Program-made: the position numbers and the translations under genes
Assembly: GCF_002087085.1 (NCBI RefSeq)
Contig: NZ_MWQY01000005.1
Location: 62,001 to 126,000, forward strand
Reading direction: 5' to 3'
Length of the DNA: 64,000 bases
Notes under the pieces: generated by a model
Database searches by the model: none
Told to the model about the DNA's origin: nothing
Seen by the model: the letters and a program-made list of their open reading frames with translations, nothing else
Shown: positions 27,887-38,527 of the stretch, piece by piece
Layout of the letters: each line of letters opens with the position of its first letter
How positions within the stretch are numbered: position 1 is the stretch's first letter

Positions 27887-29508
27887 TACGCCTGTCCCTC
27901 CTGGGCAGCCTTCTTTTTATCCCGCTTTGCAGTTTCGATGCATTCCCGGATGGATACAATCACCGAAAGTCCGGGGTGATCGATCTCTTCTGCAATTATG
28001 CGTCGGTTCTCTTCGGCGTTCTTCTTCAATGGGGTTATGCTGCGAATGTGTGCAGGATCGATCTCCAGTCCCTCTATCATGCGGTGTACCCGCGAGGTGG
28101 GAAGAATCGTCTCCTGGCCCCCGGTCATTCCGACGGTTCCGTTGTCAAGAATAACGACCGTCATGGGGGTATCCGCCGCTGCGGCGTCGACAAGGGAGGT
28201 TATCCCAGAATGTAAAAAGGTACTGTCTCCGATGGTAGCTACTACCCGTTGTACTCCGGCTTCAGCGGCTCCCTTGGCCATACCTATGGAGGCTCCCATA
28301 CAGACAATGGTTTCAATGGCCCGATAGGGCGGCAGGGCCCCCAGGGCATAACAGCCGATATCGGAGGTAACAACCGCATGGGAATCATCCCCGATTGCCT
28401 CGTTTATAGCCTGGTAGGTATCGATATGGGGGCAGCCCTGGCATAACTGGGGAGGCCGTCCGGGAAGCTCCATTCCGGGCTCGGAACGAAGCTGACGAGC
28501 CTCGAGGCCCAGGGCCCTGCGAACCGCATCAGGGGTAAGCTCTCCCGTCCGGGGAAGGGTTCCGTCGAGTTTACCGCTGATTGTTATATCCTGCTCCAGA
28601 ATCCCCTTGAGCTTCTCTTCTATGAGGGGGTAACCCTCTTCGATTACGATTATCCGTTCACAAGCGGCGGCAAGGGTCCTGATTTTATTCCGGGGAAGGG
28701 GGTAAGCACTTATATGCAGCCTGGGAATCTCAGAACTCAGTTCGGGGAGGTTTTCATCGTAGTAATTTCTCCCCAGACCGCTGGTTATGATTCCCAGGGG
28801 ATATTTTTTCCCTCCCCGGGCATTTTCCAGCGGATTTCTGGCGGAATCCCCGGCCCAGGCGAGCATCTCCTTCTCTTTTTCCAGCAGATCCAGGTAGTTC
28901 TGCCTGGCTGTGGCGGGAAGCAGCATCCAGCCCCGTTTTTCCTCCGGTTTGCTCAAGGAGTTTTCATCCCGTTTTGCCCCCACCTTGACAATCGCCCGGG
29001 AATGGGCGAGACGGGTAACGAGGCGCAGCATGACGGGAATGTGAAACTTCTCGGAAAGCTCGAAAGCCTCAAGGGTCATTTCGTAGGTTTCCTGCTGGTT
29101 TCTCGGCTCGAGGCATATAATCTTGGCGAATTCTGCAAAAAACCGGGAGTCCTGCTCATTCTGGGAACTGTGCATCCCGGGATCATCGGCAACGGCAAGT
29201 ACGAGACCTCCCCGTATATTCAGCAGTCCTGAATTTACAAAAGGGTCTGCGGCCACATTCAGGCCCACATGTTTCATGGTTACCAGTACACGTTTTCCCA
29301 CGAAGGAGACCCCCAGGGCGTCCTCATAGGCGGTCTTTTCGTTGGAACACCAGGCAGCATGGGGTGCTCCGTGACGTGTTTTGTAATCAATAAGGAATTC
29401 TAAAATTTCGGTGGATGGTGTGCCCGGATACCCGTAGGCGGCGCTGATGCCGGCATGAACGGCACCTAAAGCAACCGCCTCGTCCCCTAAAAGGACGATG
29501 TCGCTCAT
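27886..29508 (-). CDS. iorA: Indolepyruvate:ferredoxin oxidoreductase alpha subunit, without C-terminal ferredoxin domain
   Basis: GYPGTPSTEI, MKHVGLNVAADP, DDPGMHSSQNEQDSR, LCQGCPH, DIGCY, GDSTFLHSG. Confidence 0.93.
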   Translation of the reverse strand: MSDIVLLGDEAVALGAVHAGISAAYGYPGTPSTEILEFLIDYKTRHGAPHAAWCSNEKTAYEDALGVSFVGKRVLVTMKHVGLNVAADPFVNSGLLNIRGGLVLAVADDPGMHSSQNEQDSRFFAEFAKIICLEPRNQQETYEMTLEAFELSEKFHIPVMLRLVTRLAHSRAIVKVGAKRDENSLSKPEEKRGWMLLPATARQNYLDLLEKEKEMLAWAGDSARNPLENARGGKKYPLGIITSGLGRNYYDENLPELSSEIPRLHISAYPLPRNKIRTLAAACERIIVIEEGYPLIEEKLKGILEQDITISGKLDGTLPRTGELTPDAVRRALGLEARQLRSEPGMELPGRPPQLCQGCPHIDTYQAINEAIGDDSHAVVTSDIGCYALGALPPYRAIETIVCMGASIGMAKGAAEAGVQRVVATIGDSTFLHSGITSLVDAAAADTPMTVVILDNGTVGMTGGQETILPTSRVHRMIEGLEIDPAHIRSITPLKKNAEENRRIIAEEIDHPGLSVIVSIRECIETAKRDKKKAAQEGQA

Positions 29509-29621
29509 GGTTGACTCCTTCAAGTAAATCCTGTCTGGATAGCTGATCGCCGACCATTGTATGACACATCCTTCCGGGGGGTCAAGAATAGATTTTAACC
29601 ATGACTGAAGTTACATTACTT

Positions 29622-30803
29622 TTACTTAAACTGGCGAAGCACCTTTTTGAACCCCTCCGCCGAACCTTCTATCGTGGCATCATCGACGCAGAAGGCGATG
29701 CGGAAGAAACCTTCCCGTCCGAAACCGCGGCCCGGTACGGTAAGAATGCGTTCCTGCTGCAGTGCCTGGACAAGCCTTAGATCATCGCCTCCCGGTGCCT
29801 TGGGAAAGAGGTAAAAGGTCCCGGCGGGTCTGGTGAACTCGTAACCCGCATCTGCGAGAACATCGCAGATCATGTCGCGTTTTCGTCGGTATACCTCTAT
29901 GTCGGCACTGACCCCCTGGAGTTCTCCCACGATACGCTGCATAAAGGCCGGGGCATTGACGTAGCCCAGTATCCTGTTGCAGAGGATTGCCGCATTTACC
30001 AGGTTTTTCATATCCTCGGCTTCAGGATGTATAGCAAGCCAGCCGATACGTTCCCCGGGTATCGAAAGGTCCTTGGAGTAGGATGTCGCTATCAGGCTGT
30101 GGGGATAGGCCTTGAAAACGCTGCCGGGTTCGACCTCCCCGTAGACAATCTTGCGGTAGGGTTCATCGGATATAAGATAGATGGTCCTGTTTATCTCCCG
30201 GCTCCTGGCGGTAAGCATTTCGCCCAGGCGGTCCAGATACTCCTGGGTATAGACCGTACCGGTGGGGTTATTGGGAAAATTTATGATAAGTGCCGCAGTT
30301 CGGGGACCGATCTCTTCGGCCAGACGTTCGATGTTGGGTAGAAAATCGGGACCCGTGGGGACGGTATTGAGGATTCCCCCATGGTTGTCGCAGTAAAACT
30401 GGTACTCCATAAAGTAGGGGCTGGGGCAGAGAATGTAATCCCCATGGTTTATAAGGGATTTGAGGGCGACATTCAGGGCTCCGCCGGCTCCCACGGTCAT
30501 GATCACGTTACCTGCATCCAGGGGAATTCCGTATTCACCGCTTATATAAGCCGCAACCTTCTCCCGTACAGCAGGGTATCCCGCATTGGGCATATAGGAG
30601 TGGAGTCCTGAGGAGGTTTCCGCTGCCTGACGAGACAGGGCTTCCTGAAATTCCCGTGGCGGCTCAAGATTGGGATTGCCGAGACTGAAATCAAAGACAT
30701 TGTCATTACCATGTTCTGCTTTCAATTTTGCCCCGGCTTCGAACATGCGTCGAATCCAGGATGATTTCTCCATTGTGGACAGGATCTTGCGGGAAATCGC
30801 CAT
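29622..30803 (-). CDS. Class I/II PLP-dependent aminotransferase
   Basis: FSLGNP, NFPNNPTG, SDEPY, SYSKDLSIPGERIG. Confidence 0.93.
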   Translation of the reverse strand: MAISRKILSTMEKSSWIRRMFEAGAKLKAEHGNDNVFDFSLGNPNLEPPREFQEALSRQAAETSSGLHSYMPNAGYPAVREKVAAYISGEYGIPLDAGNVIMTVGAGGALNVALKSLINHGDYILCPSPYFMEYQFYCDNHGGILNTVPTGPDFLPNIERLAEEIGPRTAALIINFPNNPTGTVYTQEYLDRLGEMLTARSREINRTIYLISDEPYRKIVYGEVEPGSVFKAYPHSLIATSYSKDLSIPGERIGWLAIHPEAEDMKNLVNAAILCNRILGYVNAPAFMQRIVGELQGVSADIEVYRRKRDMICDVLADAGYEFTRPAGTFYLFPKAPGGDDLRLVQALQQERILTVPGRGFGREGFFRIAFCVDDATIEGSAEGFKKVLRQFK

Positions 30804-30984
30804 ATATACTCCTTCTTATCTCCGCTAAAAATACCCGGATAACAGTCATTGAATCAAGCGGGGAAGATGCCAGTTTCTGGAGAAAAAAGAGAAATATTCA
30901 TTATTTTGTTAATAAATAATCTTGCCCTCCCTGTACAGGCTGGGTAATTTTAAATCGAAATAAAAACTGCTGCAAGGAGAGGTT

Positions 30985-31437
30985 ATGGTCGAAGAAGGCA
31001 CGATAATGGAGGATTTCAGCCTGCAGGACAGCGAAGGCAAGGATGTATCCCTCTCTGATTTTTCCGGTAAAAAAGTTGTGGTTTATTTTTATCCGAAGGA
31101 CAACACCCCGGGCTGCACCAGGGAGGCCTGCAGTTTCCGGGACAACTACGACGCCATCCTTGACAGGGGGGCGGTGGTTCTGGGGATCAGCACAGATTCG
31201 GTAAAGTCCCATGGAAACTTTAAAAAGAAGTACGATCTTCCTTTCATTCTTCTCAGCGATCCTGATAAAACGGTTCTGAAGCGTTTCGGCGCCTGGGGAG
31301 AGAAAAAGATGTACGGAAAGAGCTACGAGGGTATACTCCGGTCGACCTTCATTCTCGATGAGAACCGGAAAGTCCTGAAGGTCTTTCCGAAGGTCAGTCC
31401 TGCAGATCACGGCACCGAGATTCTCGAGTACCTGTAG
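30985..31437 (+). CDS. bcp: Thioredoxin-dependent thiol peroxidase (BCP/PrxQ)
   Basis: YFYPKDNTPGCTREACSFRD. Confidence 0.95.
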   Translation: MVEEGTIMEDFSLQDSEGKDVSLSDFSGKKVVVYFYPKDNTPGCTREACSFRDNYDAILDRGAVVLGISTDSVKSHGNFKKKYDLPFILLSDPDKTVLKRFGAWGEKKMYGKSYEGILRSTFILDENRKVLKVFPKVSPADHGTEILEYL

Positions 31438-31440
31438 CTC

Positions 31441-32760
31441 CTATTCCAGGTACTCCTCGGCCATGCGTTCTCCCTCCTGCTGGTCGACCCGGGCAAAGAG
31501 GATGCCCCCGGCCAGAAAGAGAAGAATGATGGAAAGAATCCCCAGACGGTTGCTCCCGGTAAGGATGGTAACGCTTCCCATCATGAAGGGGCCCAGGACG
31601 GCGGCAAATTTTCCAAGCATGTTAAAGAAACCGTAGAACTCTCCGGCCCTTTTTTCCGGAATAATGCGGGAGTAGAAGCTTCTGCTCAGGGCCTGAATAC
31701 CGCCCTGAAAAAGTCCCACCAGAGCGGCCAGCATGAAGAAGTGGGCCTCCGTCTTCATGAAATATCCGAGCACCGCGATCATGCAGTAGGCAAAGATGGC
31801 TGTTATTATGGCCCGTTTTATTCCCACCTTGCGGGCAAAAAGATTGTAGAGCAGGGCCCCGGGAAAGGCGATAAACTGGACCATAAGGAGGGCGGTTATC
31901 AATGCCCCGCCGCTGAAGCCCAGGGAGCTCCCGTAATCCACGGACATGCGGATTATTGTGTCCACTCCGTCTATATAGAACCAGTAGGCCAGCAGGAACA
32001 GTCCCACCACCTTCAGGTGGCGTATGTGGTTGATAGTCTCCCTGATCTGCCTCCAGCCTCTGACCACAGCGGATGAAAAACCCTCCCGTTTTCCGGTACG
32101 AGGCTCGGGAACAAATAGAAAAAGCGGAAGGGAAAAGAGTGCCCACCAGAGGGCAACGGAGAGAAAGGCGAGGCGTATGGCGGTGTTCCCATCGGGAATA
32201 CCGAAGAGCTCGGGTCTCTGGAACATGATTACATTTACGAGAAAAAGCAGCCCGCCTCCGATGTAACCCAGGGCAAATCCCAGGGAGGATACGTAATCCA
32301 CCTTTTTGCGGGATGCCACGCTTACAAGGAGAGCATCGTAAAAAATATTACCCCCGGAAAATCCTACGGTACCCAGAATATAAAGAACAGCGGCAAGCTG
32401 CCAGTTGCCCTGCCTGACAAACCAGAGGGCTCCGGTGGACAGAATACCGAGATACGCAAAAGCAAAGAGCATACGTTTTTTCAGGGAACCTTTGTCAGCT
32501 ATGGCTCCGAGGATCGGAGCCGAGAGGGCCACAATAATGGATGCGATTGACACCGATGAGCCGAGATAAAAGGTGCTGGCCTGGGGATTCGCGGGGTCCG
32601 ACCAGTAAGCCTTGAAAAAGAGAGGAAAGAATCCTCCCATAACCGTGGTTGCAAAGGCGCTGTTTCCCCAATCATAGAGGGACCAGCTTATAATGCCTTT
32701 ACGGCTGTCCTGCCCGGCGGGCATACCGGAATTTTTCAATGTCGTCTCCTTCTCTGTCAT
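31441..32760 (-). CDS. MFS transporter (UMF1/Atg22 family)
   Basis: SWSLYDWGNSAF, APILGAIAD, GYIGGG, QALSRS, GKFAAVLGP. Confidence 0.9.
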   Translation of the reverse strand: MTEKETTLKNSGMPAGQDSRKGIISWSLYDWGNSAFATTVMGGFFPLFFKAYWSDPANPQASTFYLGSSVSIASIIVALSAPILGAIADKGSLKKRMLFAFAYLGILSTGALWFVRQGNWQLAAVLYILGTVGFSGGNIFYDALLVSVASRKKVDYVSSLGFALGYIGGGLLFLVNVIMFQRPELFGIPDGNTAIRLAFLSVALWWALFSLPLFLFVPEPRTGKREGFSSAVVRGWRQIRETINHIRHLKVVGLFLLAYWFYIDGVDTIIRMSVDYGSSLGFSGGALITALLMVQFIAFPGALLYNLFARKVGIKRAIITAIFAYCMIAVLGYFMKTEAHFFMLAALVGLFQGGIQALSRSFYSRIIPEKRAGEFYGFFNMLGKFAAVLGPFMMGSVTILTGSNRLGILSIILLFLAGGILFARVDQQEGERMAEEYLE

Positions 32761-32902
32761 TATTATAACAGAGAGGGCTAAATACAGGGAGATAAATAAA
32801 ATAAAGGGCGCCTCTGAAAATTTGAGGATGCCCGACAGTATTTTCCCCCTCCCTTGATTGAAAAAGAATCGCCTCTATGGTAATCAGAAAGGTGGAGGGT
32901 CT

Positions 32903-34222
32903 ATGAGCTATTATCAACGCTATCTCGAGGTACATCCCCTCGATGTGTGCCCTGAAATCCTGATTTCTTCCGATGCCGTGTTGCATCTGCAGCGGAAACT
33001 TTCCGAAAGTGCCGGGCCTTCCCTTATACTGCTGGATCCCGATACGGAAAAAGCCGTATCCGCCTATCTGAACCCGGGAGACCTGGAAACCCGGGGAGAT
33101 CCTCTTTACCGGTTGCCGGCAAATCCTCTTCCCAGCCTCGAACTGGTAAAGGAGATTGCCCGGGAAGCTGAGGAAAGAAAGGTAAAGCGTATAGTGGGTA
33201 TCGGCAGCGGCGTTATCAGCGATTGTGCGAAGCAGGCCGCCTTCGAGGCCGGAATCGACAACTGGTGCCTGATGACAGCCGCCTCCGTGGATGCCTTTAC
33301 CTCGGGTACTGCCGCCATCCGGGTGGAGGGGTATCATGAGTCCCTTCCCACCAGACCGACGGAGGCCGTATTCTGCGATCTGCGGATTCTTGCGGAGGCG
33401 CCCCGGCGTTTGACCCTCTCCGGGCTTGGAGACATGGCGGGAAAGTTCATTGCCGTCCCCGACTGGCGCATGAGTTCCATGGTTACGGGAGAGTTTTTTA
33501 ACGAAGATGCGGCGAATTTTGCCTCAGGATCCGCCAGTCTGGCCCTCAGGGATATCGACAGCATTCTCTCCGGATCAGAAAGGGGATGTACGAATGCCGC
33601 AGATGCCCTGCTGACATCCGGTCTCATAATGCAGAGTCTGAAAAGCTCACGCCCCGCTTCGTCGACGGAACATATTCTGGCACACTTCTGGGAGATGGAG
33701 CATCTGGTGAAGAACCGGGAATGGGACCTGCACGGCGTTCTGGTAGCCGCGGCCTCCCGTTTTGTTATTTCCGCCTACCGCGAAATTCTTGCCCTGATTA
33801 CCGGTTCTGATCCGAACCTGGAACGGGCTCGGCAGCTCTTTGCCGGTGCTGCAGCTCTTCCTGATGCTCCCTGGCTTTCCGAAAAAACCAGGATAAAACT
33901 GGCAAGGGAGCTGAAAGAACGGGACAACAGTCCGCAGGGGCATGCAAACAGGGTGGAGAAGCTTGTGCCCCTGAGATATGAGCTGAAGAATATATATACA
34001 TCCTTCCTCGATACCGCAGAAGAGGGTCTTGAAGGTCTGTATAAAGCCGGACTTCCCCTGGATCTGGGGTCCCTTGGAATCGACAGGGAACGCGGGCGCT
34101 TCGGACTCAATAATGTCCGCTTCCTTCGCAACCGCTATACCCTTCTGGACGTCGCCCGGGACCTGGGTTTTGACAGGGAAGCCGAAGAAATTATCAACCG
34201 GGCCTACGACTCATCCTTTTAG
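32903..34222 (+). CDS. sn-glycerol-1-phosphate dehydrogenase family (EgsA/AraM-like)
   Basis: GSGVISDCAK, TAASVD, SGLGDMAGK, SSRPASSTEHILAHFWEM, LHGVLV. Confidence 0.82.
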   Translation: MSYYQRYLEVHPLDVCPEILISSDAVLHLQRKLSESAGPSLILLDPDTEKAVSAYLNPGDLETRGDPLYRLPANPLPSLELVKEIAREAEERKVKRIVGIGSGVISDCAKQAAFEAGIDNWCLMTAASVDAFTSGTAAIRVEGYHESLPTRPTEAVFCDLRILAEAPRRLTLSGLGDMAGKFIAVPDWRMSSMVTGEFFNEDAANFASGSASLALRDIDSILSGSERGCTNAADALLTSGLIMQSLKSSRPASSTEHILAHFWEMEHLVKNREWDLHGVLVAAASRFVISAYREILALITGSDPNLERARQLFAGAAALPDAPWLSEKTRIKLARELKERDNSPQGHANRVEKLVPLRYELKNIYTSFLDTAEEGLEGLYKAGLPLDLGSLGIDRERGRFGLNNVRFLRNRYTLLDVARDLGFDREAEEIINRAYDSSF

Positions 34223-34239
34223 TCGGCTGTATCCGGATC

Positions 34240-34836
34240 CTAGGTGAAGGAGTAGTGCAGGGAGCCTTCCACCTTCTCAATCTCGTCCTTTGCCTGAAGA
34301 AGCAGCGAGGTCGAATCCCAGCTTCCGTCCAGCATCGCCCTGCGATAGGTTTCCGGCATTGAGGCTTCGACCTGATAGTCCCCTGCTCTGATTGTCATGT
34401 TTTCGAGGTCGATCTGTATTTCGATTCCCGGATCTGCGGCCACCAGTTTTTGAAGCTGAAGCGCAGCCTCTTCGGATACCGTGACTGTCGGCATTCCCAG
34501 GGCGCTGCAGTTTCCGGCAAATATCTCTGCAAAGGATTCCCCCACAAGAGCGCCGATACCGAAATCCCTCAGGGCCTGGGGGGCGTGTTCCCGGGAAGAT
34601 CCGCAGCCGAAGTTTTTGTTTACCACCATGATTGATGCACCCGTGTAGCGGGGGCTGTTCATGGGATGATCCTTCGGTTTTCCCTCTTCGTCGTAGCGTT
34701 CGTCGTAGAAGGCGTAGGCCCCCAGGCCCGAGAAGGTCACACTCTTCATGTAGCGTGCCGGAATAACACGGTCCGTATCTATATCGTTGCCCTGGATCGG
34801 CAGGGCTTTGCCGGAAATGGATGTAATCTTCTTCAT
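34240..34836 (-). CDS. leuD: 3-isopropylmalate dehydratase small subunit
   Basis: DIDTDRVIPARY, NFGCGSSREHAPQAL, SFAEIFAGN. Confidence 0.96.
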   Translation of the reverse strand: MKKITSISGKALPIQGNDIDTDRVIPARYMKSVTFSGLGAYAFYDERYDEEGKPKDHPMNSPRYTGASIMVVNKNFGCGSSREHAPQALRDFGIGALVGESFAEIFAGNCSALGMPTVTVSEEAALQLQKLVAADPGIEIQIDLENMTIRAGDYQVEASMPETYRRAMLDGSWDSTSLLLQAKDEIEKVEGSLHYSFT

Positions 34837-34853
34837 CTGTTCAGCTCCCTTGA

Positions 34854-36248
34854 TTAAAGACTCTCACGGATATCTACCACCTGCCCGGCCAGGGCTGCGG
34901 CGGCTACCATTGCCGGGCTCATCAGCAGGGTGCGCCCGCTGGGAGATCCCTGGCGGCCGATGAAATTGCGGTTCGAAGAGCTGGCGGAAATCTCCGGACC
35001 CCGGAGTTTGTCAGGATTCATGGCAAGACACATCGAACAGCCGGCTCCCCGCCACTCGAATCCAGCCTGGGTAAAAATCCTGTCCAGACCCTCGGCTTCA
35101 GCCTGTCGGGCGATGCTCATGGAACCCGGGACAACCATGCCCCGCACCTTTGATGCAATCCTCCTGCCCTTGACAATGGCCGCGGCCTCCCGCAGGTCGC
35201 TTATTCGGCCGTTGGTGCAGGAGCCGAGAAATGCCACATCTATGGGGGTACCCTTTATGGCGTTTCCGGGACGAAACCCCATATGCTCATAGGCCCGTGC
35301 GGCGACCTCCCGCTCATCCCGGCTCATCCCATCGGGATCGGGAAGGGGGCGGTCAACTTCGAGGGCCTGCCCGGGGTTTATTCCCCAGGTCACCATGGGC
35401 GCAATGCTTCCGCCGTCTATCAGGTACTCATCGTCATAGGTGGCATCGGCATCCGAGGCGTAGCTCTGCCAGCGTTGTACAGCTTCGGAGAAATCTTTGG
35501 GGGCGTAGGGACGTCCCTTTATATAATCGAAGGTAGTGGCGTCGGGATTCACGTAACCGAAGCGTGCTCCGCCTTCTATGCTCATGTTGCAGATTGTCAT
35601 CCGCTCTTCCATGCTGAGGGCTTCGATGGCCTCGCCGGCATACTCGTAGGCGTAGCCCAGACCTCCCTTGACGCCCAGGTCACGGATAATGCGGAGGATT
35701 ATATCCTTGGCATAGACTCCCGGACCGAGTTTTCCGTCGATCCTGATTCGACGGATCTTGGGCTTCGATATGGCCATGGTTCCTGAGGCAAGGATGTCCC
35801 GGATCTGGGATGTGCCGATTCCGAAGGCGATGGAACCGAAGGCCCCGTGGGTGGAGGTATGGGAATCACCGCAGGCGATGGTCATCCCCGGCTGGGTCAG
35901 TCCCATTTCGGGCCCGACAATGTGAACGATTCCCTGGCGGCCGGATTTGAGGTTGAAAAAGGTGATACCGAACTCATCTGTGTTCTTTTCCAGCTCGGCC
36001 ATCATCTTCTCGGCCAGTTCATCCTGGAAGGGGCGCTGCTGGTCCCTGGTCGGTACAATATGATCGACGGTTGCAAAGGTTCTTCCGGGAAACTTGACAC
36101 CCAGCCCCATGGTCCGAAGCATGTCGAAGGCCTGGGGAGATGTTACCTCGTGAATAAGGTGCAGCCCGATCAGCAGCTGATCCTGTCCTGAAGGCAGGGT
36201 ACGTACAAGATGATGTTCCCAGACCTTGTCCAGCAGGGTTTTTGCCAT
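34854..36248 (-). CDS. leuC: 3-isopropylmalate dehydratase large subunit
   Basis: [48 protein letters not shown]. Confidence 0.97.
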   Translation of the reverse strand: MAKTLLDKVWEHHLVRTLPSGQDQLLIGLHLIHEVTSPQAFDMLRTMGLGVKFPGRTFATVDHIVPTRDQQRPFQDELAEKMMAELEKNTDEFGITFFNLKSGRQGIVHIVGPEMGLTQPGMTIACGDSHTSTHGAFGSIAFGIGTSQIRDILASGTMAISKPKIRRIRIDGKLGPGVYAKDIILRIIRDLGVKGGLGYAYEYAGEAIEALSMEERMTICNMSIEGGARFGYVNPDATTFDYIKGRPYAPKDFSEAVQRWQSYASDADATYDDEYLIDGGSIAPMVTWGINPGQALEVDRPLPDPDGMSRDEREVAARAYEHMGFRPGNAIKGTPIDVAFLGSCTNGRISDLREAAAIVKGRRIASKVRGMVVPGSMSIARQAEAEGLDRIFTQAGFEWRGAGCSMCLAMNPDKLRGPEISASSSNRNFIGRQGSPSGRTLLMSPAMVAAAALAGQVVDIRESL

Positions 36249-36325
36249 AGTGCCTCCTTGAATGGTGCATATGTGATGGTTAAAGATTATAAATATTATC
36301 AGAAAAGTCCAGAAGATTTTGCCCT

Positions 36326-37336
36326 TCAGCCGGAGGATTTCATCGCCTTATCCAGAAGTGGAAGAAGTCTGAGTTCAAGCTCTTCCCGTTTCCCGGTAAA
36401 GCTGAAGCCTGCTGCTTTCTGATGCCCCCCGCCGCCGAAACCGGAGGCAATTGCCCCGACATCGAGATCGTAAAGCGACCTGAGCCCCGCACTGCAGCGG
36501 CCCGGCCCTTCTTCACGTATTACAGCTGCCGCTTCGCAGCCTCTGGTGCCAAGAAGGAGCTGATACAGCATATCGGAATCCCTGGCTGCCGGACCCAGTT
36601 CCTCCAGATCCTTCAGGGATTCCCAGGTATAGATAAGCCTTCCTTCCGACAGCGGACGGGCCCGTTCAAGCATCCTTCCCAGGAGTACTCTGGATGAGAA
36701 TGGACGGTTACCGTACATTCTTGCGAAGGTCTTTTTTGGAGAAGCCCCCGCTTCAATGAGTCTTGATGCGCTCCTGAAGGCGGGTGCGCCGTTTTCGCTG
36801 AGGTGGCGGAAAAACCCGGTATCCGTTGCAAGACCGAAAAAGAGCTGTCCTGCGGCACCGGACTCGATGGGTGTTTCAAAGCTTTCTATCAGTCCCTGAA
36901 TCATCAGGGTGACGGCGGGGCACGAGGAATCCACCCATCGGAGATCGCCGAAGAGAGTCCCCGAGGCATGATGATCGATAACGCAAAGCGGCAGGCCTTC
37001 TATGTCATCTTTCAGATCCCCAAGTCTGTCCGGGGTCGAGCAGTCCAGAACAACAACTGCAGTATCTCCCCGGGGATTGTTTTTCTCAGGATCCGGTATT
37101 CGTTTCTGGAAGCGCGGAGCCAGGTCTTCAATCTCAGGCCTGGAAAAAGGTCCCGGGGAGTAGAGCTGAGCGGACCAGCCCCTGGAAATAAGAAATTCCG
37201 CCAGGGCCAGCTGAGAGCCGAGGCAGTCTCCGTCGGGTTCGGTATGTCCCAGGATCAGGAAATTCCGGTGGCTGCGGAAAAAATCGAGAATCTCTCCTGG
37301 GGGTACATAGCCTTTATTATCTGAAGGGTTGATCAT
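36326..37336 (-). CDS. nrnA: DHH-family nanoRNase / PAP phosphatase
   Basis: [31 protein letters not shown]. Confidence 0.9.
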   Translation of the reverse strand: MINPSDNKGYVPPGEILDFFRSHRNFLILGHTEPDGDCLGSQLALAEFLISRGWSAQLYSPGPFSRPEIEDLAPRFQKRIPDPEKNNPRGDTAVVVLDCSTPDRLGDLKDDIEGLPLCVIDHHASGTLFGDLRWVDSSCPAVTLMIQGLIESFETPIESGAAGQLFFGLATDTGFFRHLSENGAPAFRSASRLIEAGASPKKTFARMYGNRPFSSRVLLGRMLERARPLSEGRLIYTWESLKDLEELGPAARDSDMLYQLLLGTRGCEAAAVIREEGPGRCSAGLRSLYDLDVGAIASGFGGGGHQKAAGFSFTGKREELELRLLPLLDKAMKSSG

Positions 37337-37354
37337 AGCTGTCCTTGTGGCTTC

Positions 37355-38521
37355 TTAAAATAGAACCGTTAGGTTCTGCTGAACCGGACCGCCGGATATT
37401 ACGGGAACCCCGTTTTTTATGTATACGTTTATCTCGGTCCGCAGCCCGAACTCCTCCAGGTATAATCCAGGCTCCACGGAGAAGCAGGATCCTTCCATAA
37501 AGGGCCGTGTATCGGGGAACTCGACGCTGTCAAGGTTGACGCCGTATCCGTGGGGCTCGGTGTCTATTCCATGTCCGGTACGATGACGTATGCCCCTCTG
37601 GAAACCCGATTCTATAAGAATCTTTCGCGCGGTCTCGTCCGCCTCCGCGCCGGAAACCCTGCGGCGGGGAAGCTCATTCTTAAGAAAATCGACAACTCCG
37701 TCCCTGGCGTTTTTTATTGCGGAAAAAGCGGAAGATATTCCTTCAGGAACTTCCTTCCCGGTAAATAGTACCCAGGAGATGTCCGCGTACACGGCGCCGG
37801 GGGTCTTCTCCTTAGCCCAGAGGTCCAGCTGAACAGGCATATCCTTTTCTATTCCGGCCCCGCCGTTTTGCGGCATGTAATGGGGGTCCCTGGAGTTTTT
37901 CCCGGCGGCTACAATAGGCGGATGGTTGTATACGAGTCCCCGCTTATTGAACTCCTCCAGAATCCAGCTCTGAATATCCCCTTCGCTGCACCTGTTTCCG
38001 CCGGCGAGGGCGGTGGAAAGACGTTCCCGGCAGACGGATACAATTTTGTACAGATGAGCTGCACTCCGCTCGTGGGAGGCTATGTCAGCGTCCTTCAGGA
38101 GCCCTTTGACCTTCTGAATGAGGGTTCCCGACGAGGAGATGCTTATACCGGCCTCCTTCAGGAGCAGGGCCGTTCCATGATCAAGAAAGGAGAAAATGGA
38201 CAGCTCCGGAGAGAACTGGGCTGCCAGGTAGAGGCCATCGTACTTCTTCAGGAGACTCTTCAGTTCGGAAAGGGAAGTATAGACGTGCTCAGTGCCGGGA
38301 AGGCCTGAAAGGTAGTTTTTCTCCACGGCATGGGTGATTTTTATGCATCGCTCAGGGTCGGAAAAAAGAATATAAAACCAGCGCCGCGTGTTGACCGCAT
38401 CCTTCGGGAGTCCGAGAAGGTCCTCCGCCAGGGGGTCGCGGTGCTGGAAACCGTAAAACAGCCAGCCGTCAACATCCTCCGCGCCGACGGCTTCGCGCAT
38501 TCCTGCCAGGTTGTCAGTCAA
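37355..38521 (-). CDS. M24-family metallopeptidase (Xaa-Pro aminopeptidase-like)
   Basis: DPHY, DLWAK, YADISW, HRTGHGI, FSVEPGLY, GLRTE. Confidence 0.9.
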   Translation of the reverse strand: MTDNLAGMREAVGAEDVDGWLFYGFQHRDPLAEDLLGLPKDAVNTRRWFYILFSDPERCIKITHAVEKNYLSGLPGTEHVYTSLSELKSLLKKYDGLYLAAQFSPELSIFSFLDHGTALLLKEAGISISSSGTLIQKVKGLLKDADIASHERSAAHLYKIVSVCRERLSTALAGGNRCSEGDIQSWILEEFNKRGLVYNHPPIVAAGKNSRDPHYMPQNGGAGIEKDMPVQLDLWAKEKTPGAVYADISWVLFTGKEVPEGISSAFSAIKNARDGVVDFLKNELPRRRVSGAEADETARKILIESGFQRGIRHRTGHGIDTEPHGYGVNLDSVEFPDTRPFMEGSCFSVEPGLYLEEFGLRTEINVYIKNGVPVISGGPVQQNLTVLF

Positions 38522-38527
38522 AACGGA

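Noticed and set aside
36249..36325. Leucine attenuator or T-box upstream of leuC
   Set aside because: The gap is short, with no Leu-rich leader peptide or T-box motif.
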